A stretch of DNA of 64,000 nucleotides from Octopus vulgaris (taxonomy: Eukaryota): positions 83,514,001 through 83,578,000 of the forward strand of contig OX597822.1 in NCBI GenBank assembly GCA_951406725.2, read 5' to 3'. How positions within the stretch are numbered: the first letter of the stretch is position 1; each line of letters starts with the position of its first letter. Shown here in pieces: positions 1 to 13,255 of the stretch. Under the pieces are notes generated by a model. It did not search any database, was not told where the DNA came from, and saw nothing but the letters and a program-made list of their open reading frames with translations. A program made the translations under genes and the position numbers.

Positions 1-170
1 CTCTCTATCTACTTATTTATCTGTTCTGTTCATTTGCATATCCATTCAGCTACTTATATACATATATATATATATATAAAACAAACGATCACTCTGAAAG
101 TGACCGTGCTTCACTAGTAAGCTACCAGGTGTAAACCATTCGTTTTATTATCCATTATATATATATATGT

Positions 171-205
<35 letters not shown>

Positions 206-316
206 GAGAGAGAGAGAACGTTAGGTGTGGTGGTATGGTGTACAGATATTGTATATTGAGAAAAATGGTCACCAGGGAAAAAAAATTTTTATTCATTATT
301 ATTAGTGTACATATAA

Positions 317-390
<74 letters not shown>

Positions 391-834
391 ATATATATAT
401 ATATATATATATATTGGTATGGAAATGGACAAGGGAGACAATCAATTTCTGAAGGTTATTTCGCAAAGAGTGACCGCCCTTCTCCACGTAACCCACGAAC
501 GGGTGTTTTCTGTCCATAGGGGGACCATTCCTCACTATTTGAACAATTTTAAGAGTCTAAAACCATCCCTGGAACATATAAGTAATGTATGTTCCTGGTT
601 TAGAGAAAAATCAGCTGAAAAATACGGCTGTTATAATCTTTTACACATACACACACACACACACAGAAGAGAGAGAGAGAAAGGGAGAGGGAAACAGACG
701 GAGACAGAGAGAGAAAGAGACACAAAAACATGCGTGTATATTTTTGCGTGTCAGTGTGAATACAACGGTAGGAAATAGAACCATTCATGACTTTTTAGAG
801 CGATGTTGTGAGTGTAAAACAAAATGCTTTGCCG

Positions 835-960
835 TTCCGAACCTGTCCATTCTGAATCCAAATGTGACATTCAGGGCCGATAAAATAAAGTACCAGTCAG
901 ATCGTGGGAGCAATTGCAGAGACTATACACTCCCTACAAAATGATTGGCGCTAAACCAAC
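835..960 (+). mobile_element. Diverged 3' part of family-B SINE
   Basis: gccgataaaataaagtaccagtcag...gactatacactccctacaaaatgattggcg resembles the body and tail of the intact copy at 51398-51614. Confidence 0.55.
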
Positions 961-1367
961 ATATGAGTAAATATCAATCACATAACAGATAATTGGAGCT
1001 TTCTACAATATAACTTTACATACGAAATACATCTGAAATAAATATAACTCCGAAAGAAACGACGGCCAAATTAAAGACTGCATCGTAATGCAATAAGTAG
1101 AAAGGACACGAGAGGAGTGATTCTATAGTCATTATTTATCTGGAAGCTTTTACGTATGAATATATGAGAAAATGTATGAAAAATTAGAAACCTATAGACA
1201 TCACTTATGCTGTAAAAGGAAATCATTTCATTGGTTTCGGTTATTATTTAAATGGAAAATCAGACAGTTCCTATTACCGCAGTCAGTCATAACTTATACA
1301 ACAATCTACCTATAAAGATTAATCATTGTTTCTTTACTCTATATTTTATTCAGTATATTTTCTGCAG

Positions 1368-1478
1368 AATATTATAGGTGAATATATCGGGACTAAATAT
1401 TATATTTTGTGTCAGTATTCGGCGTAAAGTAAGATACTGTAATAAAAATACTATTAGTCCCGAATCACTTTTAATATC
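1368..1478. repeat. Imperfect ~110-bp hairpin (fold-back relic)
   Basis: tcgggactaa / ttagtcccga arms, inner cagtat / atactg, outer aatatta.aggtga / tcacttttaatat. Confidence 0.55.
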
Positions 1479-1532
1479 AAATATTACGCAACTAAGTGGG
1501 TGGAAGCACGTGGGATGAACACGACTTATGGA

Positions 1533-1619
<87 letters not shown>

Positions 1620-2667
1620 AAGAAATAGATAGATAGACAGATAGATGGATAAATAATTGTATGGCTATGCACCTTAACAAATTTGCTTTCCATTCTTCGT
1701 CAGTTTTTCATCTCTCTCTCCTCCCCTCTCTCTTTCTCTCTCTCTCTCTCTTTCTCTATCCGAATAAATATACACGTGGACAAAAGGAGGTCTGTAATAA
1801 AATACTTTGTGGAGATTGTTATTGACAGCGCCGAGAAATTCTCTCCTGCCTTGCAAGTTAGCCAAACGCGAGATTGGTTATTTAGTATATATAATAAATA
1901 CGTACAACGCGACGTTTAAGCATTTTGTGAAATAATATAAAAGAAGGATTATTCATCTGTAAGTGCGATAGGAAACAGAAAAATGAAAACAACTGGCTTC
2001 GGAAACCGATTTATGGCTGTCCTAGACACGACAATAATATTTCTGATAATACTGAAGTGCCTCTGGATCTTATAACCCATCAAAGAAGCAAAGCTGGATT
2101 TATATAAGAACAAAGACTGGAATTTTCCTGGGTAGCCCTGATATTGGGACTTGTCATGAGGGTGGTAGGCCGTCTATACCGAGAGGCCACTTTCAAGTGA
2201 TCATGCACGAAATGAACCACCCTCAATGTACAAACTTTTGCCACTTAAAAAATACATCGGCTGTTCTTTTTTATAATAAATATAATTATTTCACCACTTT
2301 AGTAAAAGCATTTTTCCATGTCTGAAAGTAAAATGGGACCTTGTTCAAAACCAGCTAAGTTCTTTTGGGAATAGGAAAACGACGAAGAAAAGAATGAGAT
2401 AAGTCACTGAAAAGGTTGCGATTCATGATGAAAGAACTGACAAAAAACAATGAACTGTTTAACCAAACAGTTAAACAAACGATAGATTTGTTAGCTGGAC
2501 AGACATTTAACCAATTAATTTGCAATAAAGGAGTAGAATTGTACCAGTGCATGTGTTATTAATATTGACATGATGATGGTCGAAACACAGCGGAAAAAAA
2601 AAATCTAACAAAAATGAAAACCAAAAGCACTTCCGAAAATACCTAGTTCCCATGTTCTAATAATAAA

Positions 2668-2735
<68 letters not shown>

Positions 2736-2741
<6 letters not shown>

Positions 2742-3189
2742 AAGGGCTTAGTAAAATAAATTACTTTGCCACATACTGAACTCATTAGAAATAGTAGCTA
2801 AAAAAACTTTTTTAAAACTATTTCTAATACTTAAAGAAAATCTCTCTCATATAGTGTTTGCTCAATTCAACTCACGAAAGTATGGGGGTAAAGACATTAA
2901 AAAATCAAATGCAAAGGTTATTTGAGAACGTACGTTTCAAAATTAGTCAACTCGACATTTCTATCATCAGCTCAGAACTCCTTGGTTTGGATTTGAAAAC
3001 ACTGAAAGTGGGAGCATACCCTTTCGGCTTCTTATCGCTTCTGAAGATCTGCTCGAAACTAACAGTGCCAGCAAACCCAAAATATGCAAGCGAAGAATTT
3101 CTGCTCTCCCCTTTCCACCAGCGTGGGTTAAAATCAGTAAACACTATGCTTTTTCGGTAAAATCCGAAGCATTAAATAGAGAGTTGTTG

Positions 3190-3194
<5 letters not shown>
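2736..3194 (-). mobile_element. (TA)n-flanked non-coding Penelope-LTR/retrozyme-like unit carrying a hammerhead
   Basis: ~460 bp between two (TA)n tracts; minus-strand 3' end ...AAGCCCTTTATTT; hammerhead at 2923-2974. Confidence 0.65.
2923..2974 (-). ncRNA. Minimal type-I hammerhead ribozyme motif, intact core
   Basis: minus: UGAG CUGAUGA U AGAAAUGUCGAGUUGACUAAUUUU GAAA CGUACG UU/ CUCA; stem I UGAG:CUCA, hairpin stem II, palindromic ACGUACGU stem III. Confidence 0.8.
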
Positions 3195-3244
<50 letters not shown>

Positions 3245-3533
3245 TAGTGGATGCGGTCGGAGTATCGCGGTTTCGATTCCCAGACCGGGAGTTGTGTGTG
3301 TTTATTGAGCGAAAACACCTGAAGCTCCACGATCCTCCGGCAGGGGCTAGTGGCGACTCCTGTGGTACTCTTTCGCCCCAACTTTCTCTCACTCTTTCTT
3401 CCTGTTTTTTTTTAGTAACGTTGTGATGGATTGGCGTCCCGTCCAGTAGGGGGGGGGGATACATATGCCATAGAAACCGGGAAACCGGGGCCATAAGCCT
3501 GACTAGGCTTGAAAAGGGTGCATAAATAAAAAA
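3245..3533 (+). mobile_element. tRNA-derived SINE family C, 5'-truncated, alternative 3' tail
   Basis: B box ggtttcgattccc and body gtttattgagcgaaaacacct..gctcc shared with 29926-30281; tail gatggattggcgtcccgtccag...aataaaaaaa. Confidence 0.8.
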
Positions 3534-3578
3534 ATATATATATATATATATACGTATATATAAAAGGCAAATTAATAA

Positions 3579-3683
3579 ACAAGGGTGCAAATGTGTATCA
3601 GCATTGCTAGAAATAAGCGCTAAAACGACGTGTGGCTACTTTTTACTCTCATTTCTAGCAATGCCGGTACTAATTTGTACCCT

Positions 3684-3686
<3 letters not shown>
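3579..3686. repeat. Small fold-back element next to (TA)n
   Basis: outer arms acaagggtgcaaat / atttgtacccttgt (13/14); inner perfect 14-bp arms gcattgctagaaat (3601-3614) / atttctagcaatgc (3651-3664). Confidence 0.8.
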
Positions 3687-3729
<43 letters not shown>

Positions 3730-3731
<2 letters not shown>

Positions 3732-4185
3732 AGGCAGAATTTTGTCCGTAAAATATACGTATAGTTTCCGAGGGAAAAATGTTTGATAACATCAAATGCA
3801 TCCATCATCCTGATTAAAATAGGGTAAAATATTTAATTACAATTCATCAGTCAGAACATTATAACTATCGCACACCTAGTAACACTATTAATTGTTGAAT
3901 CAACAACTATCATCATACCATATCGCACTCCTAGTAATACTATTAATTGTTGAATCAACAACTATTATCATACCATATCATATCTGATATGATATGGTAT
4001 GATAATAGTTGTTGATTCAACAATTAATAGTATTACTAGGAGTGCGATAGTTATAATGTTCTGACTGATGAATTGTAATTAAATATTTTACCCTATTTCA
4101 ATCAGGATGATGAATGCATTTGATGTTATCAAACATTTTTCCCTCGGAAACTATACCTATATTTTACGGACAAAATTCTGCCTCA
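3730..4185. repeat. Near-perfect 456-bp palindrome (200-bp arms, 1-nt spacer, 55-bp tandem duplication in left arm)
   Basis: tgaggcagaattttgtcc... mirrored by ...ggacaaaattctgcctca; centre atatc-t-gatat at 3985; duplicated unit 3866-3920 / 3921-3975. Confidence 0.95.
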
Positions 4186-5394
4186 GAATATGTAAATAAT
4201 GTACATAATTCTGACTACATTAAATGAAATTTTTTGTAAATTATACTAAAATACATCTAATCTCGGGGAAGTCTAGAAATTTCTCACAGATTATGGAGTC
4301 TTCCTAATCAGTTTGGGTAACTGGATTTAAGGAAGGAAAGAATATTTAATTCTGCCCTTGAAAGTTTTGTAATAAAATGAATGCATATTTATAGTCACGA
4401 GTAATAAATGAAAAATTAAAAACTTCAGTCTGATAGGCTGGAAGGAATCAGTAATATCGTTACAGAGTGAGAGCCTGGAGTATCAAATATTACTATATAG
4501 AAAGAATAACCATGTCACAGGCAGATTTTTTTTTAAATGCTACACAACTCCATGTATTGCAGCAATTGTTTCTTCTGTAATTTATATAACCTCCTAGGGG
4601 AATTAGAAGCTACAATATTATTATTTTAACACTTTTAAAGAATTTCTCAATAAGCTGGCTTCCAGCGCCCCATGGCGAATTTTAACTGTAACCTTGAACA
4701 AAAATAGGGCATATTTAAAAGTGTCATTGATATCACATTATTGATACAATTGCTGCTGGGTTAAAGTAAGTTTCTTTAAACTTTAATTTCAAGGAGACTT
4801 AAAGAGCTCTACGACCAGAAAAGTCTGTGCAAATGTAGTAAAAAAGAAAATTATAAGAAGAAATAGAAACAAGAACATTAAGATTAGTAAAGTGAGAGAT
4901 GTGTCGTAGGAACGACGACACCTTGAAACAATCGAGATTTTCTCTCATTACAGCAAAGTAATATACCTACGCTTTTGAATATATTTTGCCATTGACATAT
5001 CTGAATTCCGGTAGAGTGATTTCCGTTCGTATACACCCTAGCTTTCTAATATTTAACCGCAGATTTTATGACAAATATAACTTGTCTGATTGGAGAAGAT
5101 TACTTTACCGATCAAATTATTGCATCACGATAGAAAGTTCCGTAGTTACGGCACGACATATCGAGATTCAATGAGAATTTATTAACATCAAAGTCACCGT
5201 AATTGATAGCGATATAGCGATATATATAATTGTGAACCAACGAGATGGGCCGATACGTTATCGTTTGATCGAGAACACTTAACGGTAAAAGATCTCTAAA
5301 ACCAAACCCTACACTTTTATCTCAACAAAATAAATATTTAAATGATGAGCCATTTATACTCTACACATGAAAATATTTCACAGTTAAACTTTTG

Positions 5395-5758
5395 CTTAAG
5401 TGAAGCTCGCTTTGCAACCGAGTAGTTTCGAGTTCAGTCCCGCTGCGAGGCACCTTGAGCAAGTATGTTCTAGTATAGCGCCGGGGAAACTAACAGAACG
5501 ATGTCTTGTGCGTGAATTTGGTAGGTGGTAACTGTCTATGTGGAAGCCTGCCGAGTGTGTGTGTGTGTGTGTCTTTCTGTTTGTGTTTGTACTCCCACTG
5601 TTTGACAAACGGTGTTGGTTTAAGACCGCACACCATAGCGGTTCAGTAAAAAGAAAAAACCCCGATAAAATTGATTTTAAATATAAAAACGTAAGCACTA
5701 GGTGTAATTTGTTTGATTAAAAACGACTCAATATCTCATGTCTGAAACAAATAAAATA
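5395..5758 (+). mobile_element. Diverged family-A SINE with internal (GT)n
   Basis: gagttcagtcccgctgcgaggcaccttgagcaag ... tttgacaaacggtgttgg ... gcggttcagtaaaaag ... ctgaaacaaataaaa, colinear with 59059-59491. Confidence 0.75.
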
Positions 5759-6180
5759 TAATATAATTAATGCTGGTAGGCATTTCTCCATACAAAAATC
5801 GATGAAAATATTAATACTGATCATTAAGTTTGTTTAATTGTAAGAATACCGACAACATCATCAGATATTGAGAAACACTTGGAGAACTCGCTATTTTCGA
5901 GTGGTTGAAACTCTGCTTCTGATTAAAAGACAGTCAAGTACTCGATTAAAATCTTACGTTACAGTATAAACACGGTGTATTTAAATACACCTCTTAAATA
6001 CAGAACTGTAAACACAGTGTGTATGCAAGTCCTATTTTCTTTTTAGACTTGAAAAGTGTGTCTTTAGATTGGTTTCCGGTAAATCGATAGAGTAAAGAAG
6101 TGTATTAATGGTATATATTAAATCTCTGTTAGACTATGCGATAGTAAAATGAAAACTGTCAGAATGAGAACTCTGATATT

Positions 6181-6536
6181 CTTTTCTATAAGAACCGAAA
6201 CCTTGGGGGAAGGGGCCAGTCGATTAGATCAACCTCGAGAGGATAAAAGACAAAGTCGACCTCGGTGGAATTTGAACTCAGAATGTAACGACAGCGAAAT
6301 ACCTATTTCTTTACTACCCACAAGGGACTAAACACAGAAGGGACAAACAAGGTCAGACAAACGGATTAAGTCGATTATATCTACCCCAGTGCGTAACTGG
6401 TAATTAATTTATCGACCCCGAAAGGATGAAAGGTAAAGTTTACCTCGGTGGAATTTGAACTCAGAACGTAACGGCAGACGAAATACCGCTAAGCATTTCG
6501 CCCGGCGTGCTATAGATTCTGCCAACTCGTCGCCTT
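6181..6536 (-). mobile_element. Family-B dimeric SINE with target-site duplication
   Basis: two B boxes (gagttcaaattcc on minus), same junction as 47573-47957; flanked by direct repeat aactctgatatt (6169-6180, 6543-6554). Confidence 0.9.
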
Positions 6537-6908
6537 TGAGGAAACTCTGATATTAAAGCTGTTCTGACAAGTAGTGCAAACGGGTGAGCCTCTATAGAAT
6601 CGCTTGACCTGGTAAAAATAACAACGTTTCTCTCAAATCAACTCTCTTAGATAATTCATGGGACACTCACGGTCGAAATACCTTATATTACGGATATACT
6701 GAAATAGAAGTGACAAAGACTTAAACAGCAGCGTGAACAACTGTCTTTGTATCTACATTAAAGTCTGGAGATGTAGATGGGATCATTTACGTAATACACT
6801 TTCATATTTTCGAATTTATTCCATTTCCATTAAGTTAAACGTGATGTATTGAACACACCCTATCTCTCAGTCACTCTATTTATTGTAGTCAATATCGGAA
6901 ATATTGAA

Positions 6909-7051
6909 TATGATGGCATAAAAGACGCGCGGATGTATTAGACGTACCCCAATTTCAACTGCATAAATTCAGGAAAAAAATGTCTTTACTGCATTAAACT
7001 TTAAGGGTCCTGGGTATAGGACCCGTCAGGATGCGTCTTATATACCATCGT
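6909..7051. mobile_element. Possible small pogo-type MITE relic
   Basis: imperfect inverted ends atgatggcataaaagacgc / gcgtcttatataccatcgt. Confidence 0.4.
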
Positions 7052-7842
7052 TAGAGAGACGTAAAATGTGTCCAGACTAATGCAATTTAGTTTGATTGCA
7101 ATAGCAATCATTGTTGAAAACGGATATCATCGCTCAGGTTTAAACTCTAAAACTGTTGTAAGCTAAGGCCTGAAATGATTTTTCAACCAAAACTAATTTA
7201 AGCGCATGCTCTGTAGTATATCATCTAATTTTCAAATGGTCGTGTGCATTTGGCTATATTGTAAGTATGGATGGAATGGAAATTATGACCTTTGTACTGT
7301 TATTAAAGAACGCTTAAAGACTGTGAGAAATATAACTTCACAAGGGTTTTGAAACGGTGTGCATCATGGTTATTCCGAAAGACGGTTGAGACAGTTGGAA
7401 GTGAAGAAAGAATAGCATCAAGTTAATACAAAGACCTAGTTTTCAGGGAGGTGACATTCCATGTCAATCGCTCCACTTTTTCTAATATTTAATAAAGCCA
7501 GCTTGCATATTACATACAATACACAAGAAGAGAAATAAGAGATGATATCTCATCATCGATATATATCGAAATATTTATGTCCATTTCTCTAAATTATATC
7601 ATCAATCAAGAAGGAAATAACACTGAAATATAATCGAATACTACCTATAATATAGTTTTCTGTTTATTTGCGTCCAAAATGTGAGCAATCATTTGTCATT
7701 TGATAAATAGATATCGTAAATAAGGTTCTATAAACTGATGAAAACTAAATGGAACAATAAGTTATACGATCTTTGATAGTTCTTTAAGGTATCAATATAT
7801 ATGAAATCATTTTTTTCAAATACTTTCCTATTTGCTATATGC

Positions 7843-7844
<2 letters not shown>

Positions 7845-7938
<94 letters not shown>

Positions 7939-8092
7939 CTGTGTGTGCGTGTGTGAGTATGTATATTTGTATGTATTTTTGTGTTATTATTTAGTGTGGC
8001 AAGATGATATATATACACACACACACACATACACACACACACACACACACACATACATATATACTTATATATACTTATATACACATACATAT

Positions 8093-8156
<64 letters not shown>

Positions 8157-8157
8157 A

Positions 8158-8200
<43 letters not shown>
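7845..8200. repeat. Compound (TA)n/(TG)n/(CA)n microsatellite
   Basis: direct reading; representative of dozens of (TA)n, (CA)n, (GA)n, (GATA)n, (TACA)n and (TAA)n tracts in the window. Confidence 0.95.
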
Positions 8201-8202
<2 letters not shown>

Positions 8203-8238
8203 CATCTAGCCACACTAAATAATAACACAAAAATATGC
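7973..8238. repeat. Inverted duplication of ~40-bp unique arms around mirror-image microsatellites
   Basis: tatttttgtgttattatttagtgtggcaagatgatatat vs atatatcatctagccacactaaataataacacaaaaata; interior runs (CA)n-(TA)n-(TG)n. Confidence 0.85.
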
Positions 8239-8571
8239 ACAACACTCCACAGAAGTTCGAATAAATCAAACTAAAATTAATAAACCATTCTACGACATTA
8301 ATTTAAAAGGAATATCTCTGGGTTTCAATGTCTGTTGTTCTATTCTGTTTGAAATATACTCACTCAAAGCATACATGTATGCACACACACACGCACGCAC
8401 GCACGCACGCACACAAACACACACACACACACAGGTATCTATACCTATCTGTGTCTTCTCAAATATATATAGTTGTTATTATTTATCTTCAGTTATAATA
8501 AAAACAGCTTTATATAAATTGTATGGATCATTCTATACTTTTGTAGAGTGCAAATTTTTTATTCTGAAACC

Positions 8572-8661
8572 AGAATATTATTGATAGTGACTTTGAAGTT
8601 TTGATCAGTTAAGATTTCGTCGAAATGCCTTGCCCGAAACTTCGAAGTCAATAATATTCTT
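8572..8661. repeat. Short fold-back next to (TA)n
   Basis: agaatattattga[tagtga]ctttgaagttt vs aaacttcgaagtcaataatattct. Confidence 0.65.
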
Positions 8662-8681
8662 GTTTAAGAATTATACATATA

Positions 8682-8787
<106 letters not shown>

Positions 8788-8888
8788 AACAAAAAGAGAA
8801 TAGAGGGCATTAAAACGTTCGGACAGATAAACGTCATAAAGGCGGACAACAGAAACAAGAATTAGAAGGACAGGCACTGAAAAAAAAT

Positions 8889-9020
8889 ATCGACCCCAAT
8901 GCGTAACTGCTACGAAGGGATGAAAGACAAAGTCGACCTCGGCGGAATTTGAAATCAGAACATAACGGCAGACCGCTTAGCATTTCGCCCTGCGTGCTAA
9001 CGTTTCTGCCAGTTCGCTCC
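8889..9020 (-). mobile_element. Internally deleted family-B SINE
   Basis: aaagtcgacctcggcggaatttgaaatcagaac ... gcatttcgccctgcgtgctaacgtttctgccagttcgc. Confidence 0.85.
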
Positions 9021-9309
9021 ATTACCCGGAAAAGAATATAATCGTATATATTTGTTTATCTTTAAATGAATTTTTTTCTTTCTTTTTCGTTTTTTCTTTT
9101 CTTTTTTTTTAGTTTGAAATTCTTAATCCTAAACAGAATATAATGTTGCTACAAAGAGAAATGAAGACGGACATGAAGATAAATCAATAAATATTTAAAT
9201 AAATACATAAACCAATGATCAACTTAAAAAGACATATAAATCTGACGCCATCACAATGTCGAATAAATAACAAATTCAAAGGTTTGAATAATTCACATCT
9301 ATACATAAA

Positions 9310-9762
<453 letters not shown>

Positions 9763-10107
9763 TTCTCTGTGTGTTGAAGTGTGAAATGGTATAACTGGAG
9801 AATTCAGAATCGGGTCAAGGAGAATGAAATCGGAATTTAATTGAAAATTAAATCCATTCTAAGCCTTGTATTAGCAATGTCCGTCTTGAGGGCTACAGTG
9901 CAGTCTGTTAATGTGCAAATACGATTAGTAGCAGCAAAACAAAATGGGATATCATTTCGCTTGGCCTTCTGGTTGGTATCGAGTGTCAGCATTAGTGCTG
10001 CAATCAGTAACATGACATTTCAGCATCGACTTAAAAGTAGATCTTTCAATCAAACACCAGTCCCAGACATTATGAATTATACACACATATGTACACATAT
10101 GTATGCG

Positions 10108-10192
<85 letters not shown>

Positions 10193-10649
10193 TTATATAC
10201 AAACACATATATACACATATACATAACATACATACATATATACATATACATACACATACACACACATTTATATATGCATATATATATGTCTATACATATA
10301 TATATATATGCATATTTATATGTATATATATATATATATGCATATTTATATGTATATATATATATACACATATATATATTCACACACACACACGAACGAG
10401 TGGACAAAGGAAATAGGGGCACTCAACCAATTTATTGGAAGTTACACGTAGGGATCAAAACAGTTTTGATCCATATATATATATGTATACACACACACAC
10501 ACAGACACATATATATATATATATATATATGTACATATATATAGACATAGATAGATTGATAGATATACATGTACATTCGCGTACATATATATACATACAC
10601 ATACAGACACAGATGCACACACACGTACATACGCACACACACACACAGC

Positions 10650-11064
10650 TTGAGAGGACCCGTCAAGCCAAGTGAAAACGTAGTTGTGGCTGCTGGTATC
10701 ACGTAACTGACACCCGTGCCAGTGTCACGTAAAAGGCACCCTTTGAGCATTGCGTCTTACAGACGGAAAGTGGCTGATCTTGTTTCAAGTGTTGAGCCTC
10801 ACGGAGGCAAAGGTCGAGACCTTTGGTATTAGGTTGTGCTTGAGAAGAAGACTCATCAAGCCAAATATAATCGCAGTCGTAGTAGATGCCGGTGTCACGG
10901 AAATGGAACCCGTGCCGGAGGCACGTAAAAGCACCAATTACACTTTCGGAGTGGTTGGCGTTAGGAAGGGCATCCAGTCGTAGAAACCATGTCTAATCAG
11001 ACTGGAGTCGGGTGCAGCCTTCATGTTGGCTCCAACCGATGCTAACATGGACAACCAACGTAAA

Positions 11065-11096
<32 letters not shown>
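10650..11096 (+). mobile_element. SINE family D 3' part with internally duplicated module and (ATG)n tail
   Basis: two copies of caagccaa...gtcacg...cccgtgcc...cacgtaaaa(g)gcacc, then ggagtggttggcgttaggaagggcatccag, a motif I recall from RTE-related SINEs, ending in (tga)n. Confidence 0.7.
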
Positions 11097-11539
11097 ATAC
11101 ATATTTCTACACACAAGGTAACTTTTTATTAAAAAGTCGTCGAAGTGGGTGAATTTCTAACTTCATGCTGGAGAAGTCATCGGGATTGAATGCTGTTTGC
11201 AAGGAGTTTGGTGGCGTTCTTGAAAGATGTCAATCGCAAATGACAGCAGAACGGGAATGATTTTAACAGCTCTAGATTCGTAAACATGCTAAATGCAGAC
11301 GTATCAGACTGGTACTTATCATCGATACCCTGGCAGGTGTATACAGGGGAACCTGCACGTCACGTGATACATCTTGGAAAATTTGGTTGAAGAACCTGGC
11401 GTGAGTGGCCAAGTATCTGAACCGTTCACTTCCATGCAATCCGTGCAAGGCCACCTTGCTCCTTCTGCATGTGATGTGTTCGAGACATTACTAATGAAGC
11501 AGTTCTATATTTAAGAGAAGAGAAATTAAGTACATTATT

Positions 11540-11666
11540 TACATTATTTACATTTGACGGATATTTGTCCTCTAACACACCTGATGAAGGCTGGAGGGTA
11601 TATCAGCCGAAATGTTGAATTAATAAACAAGATGAGGACAAATATCCGTCAAATGTAAATAATGTA
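11540..11666. mobile_element. Inverted Penelope-like terminus: perfect 33-bp inverted repeats enclosing a decayed hammerhead
   Basis: tacattatttacatttgacggatatttgtcctc (11540-11572) / gaggacaaatatccgtcaaatgtaaataatgta (11634-11666). Confidence 0.75.
11575..11617 (+). ncRNA. Hammerhead motif, core and stem II intact, stem I broken
   Basis: ACACAC CUGAUGA A GGCUG GAGGGUAUAU CAGCC GAAA UG UU G; the 3' arm of stem I does not pair. Confidence 0.55.
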
Positions 11667-12887
11667 TTACTGATGAAGTTATAGTTTTCGAAGTGAATCT
11701 CGTGAAAATTAGGATGAGAAGTAACTGTGACAGAGTAGGCAGACGACATAACCGTTAAAATGTCAGACATCAAACATATCAAGGTGAACAGTATTCTGTG
11801 AGCGGATACAAAGCGGTAACAAGAGCGCACATTTATCAGGACAGAGGGTGGTTATGCAGCTCGGCACCTAGAGACGGAGGTCTATGTGATCCGACAGCAT
11901 TGTGGGGAGCAAGAACGACGGACCGGTTATATTACTCTTGGTAGACTCCAGGTGTATAAGAACTAGGGAAGAATTCAGCCAGCCACTTCAAGACAAAGGG
12001 GTTGGCAACCTGAGCAAGGAAATATTGGGGTCGCCTCCATTAACGTGATTGGCGTCCAGATCAAACCTGGTTGAGCTGACGAAAGTATCATTGTCTTAAC
12101 TATACAAGATATTTGCCGTTTCCAGGAAGCGTAAGAACATATCAAATGTGTCTTTTTCTAAAACAGTAAAATGTGACTAACTGCTATATTTAGCAGGCCA
12201 AGTGGCCAAATAGAGACTCTCACGTTGACTACTTTACCAGATATACGGCTGAATGTATATTCTCAGTCAAACACTGACTAAAAAAAATAGAGCTAGTGCT
12301 GTTAGTTGCTGAGCAGCTGTCATTGTTATTGTTATTCTTTTCAATCTAGCGTTAAAGAACAACTACAAAACGAACACAAAGCCCCATGAGCTAACACAAA
12401 AGCCAGAATATTCTATGGCAATACACATCCTCCTCTCTGAAATTAGCAGCCAAATGTCATTCATAACAGCACTCCATTTACTTGATATATTCCACAATGT
12501 AGTTCTTGATACTTTGTGTAAGAATCGAAAAACCGAATGATCTAGGTTCGGAATACTTTCATCCACATCTCTGTCAGATCGAAGATTTCCTGTGTCCGCA
12601 ACCACAACGAAATAACCAAAGCGTGTTTTGAAGAAGAGTTGTACGTATGTCAATTTAAATTAGTCTAAGAGAAATTGTAGCTGTTGATTGAAAGACCCAG
12701 CAAATGATAAACTATGAAACCAATCATGACATTAATTCGATGAATAAACAGTTTTATCGGCTGCCAAATCGTAAGACGAACTGTTTTGGTTAAACGCCCA
12801 TAATACACATCGAAAATGTAATTTACACGGCGAATTTTTCACACAAATAACTCTTAATTGAAATATGGCTCCAAAACAAGGTACACA

Positions 12888-12969
<82 letters not shown>

Positions 12970-13192
12970 GCTCTATCTCTTTGTATTCATATGTGTGTGT
13001 GTTTGTGTGTTGTGTATGTATATGTATATGTGTACATATATACAGAGTGACGCAACTTATCTATTGCCTTTAGCATCTAGTTTAAGTACTTTACCTCATG
13101 TATATGCGTATATATACCATATGTATATATGTATGATTGTATTCTAAGTACGTTTTTCAGAATACATTCTTACGAACATTTTACACACGTAT

Positions 13193-13255
<63 letters not shown>

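Noticed and set aside
3041-3068. CTGAAGA...GAAA on the plus strand
   Set aside because: No stem II pairing and G at the cleavage position; not a hammerhead
11300-12080. GC-richer stretch ending in NIGVASINVIG, reminiscent of an APE start of an L1/Tx1 ORF2
   Set aside because: Single short motif with no sustained reading frame
12350-12516. Possible internal exon (ttttcaatctag ... gtaag) with one open frame
   Set aside because: Peptide unrecognisable and no partner exons; needs RNA-seq
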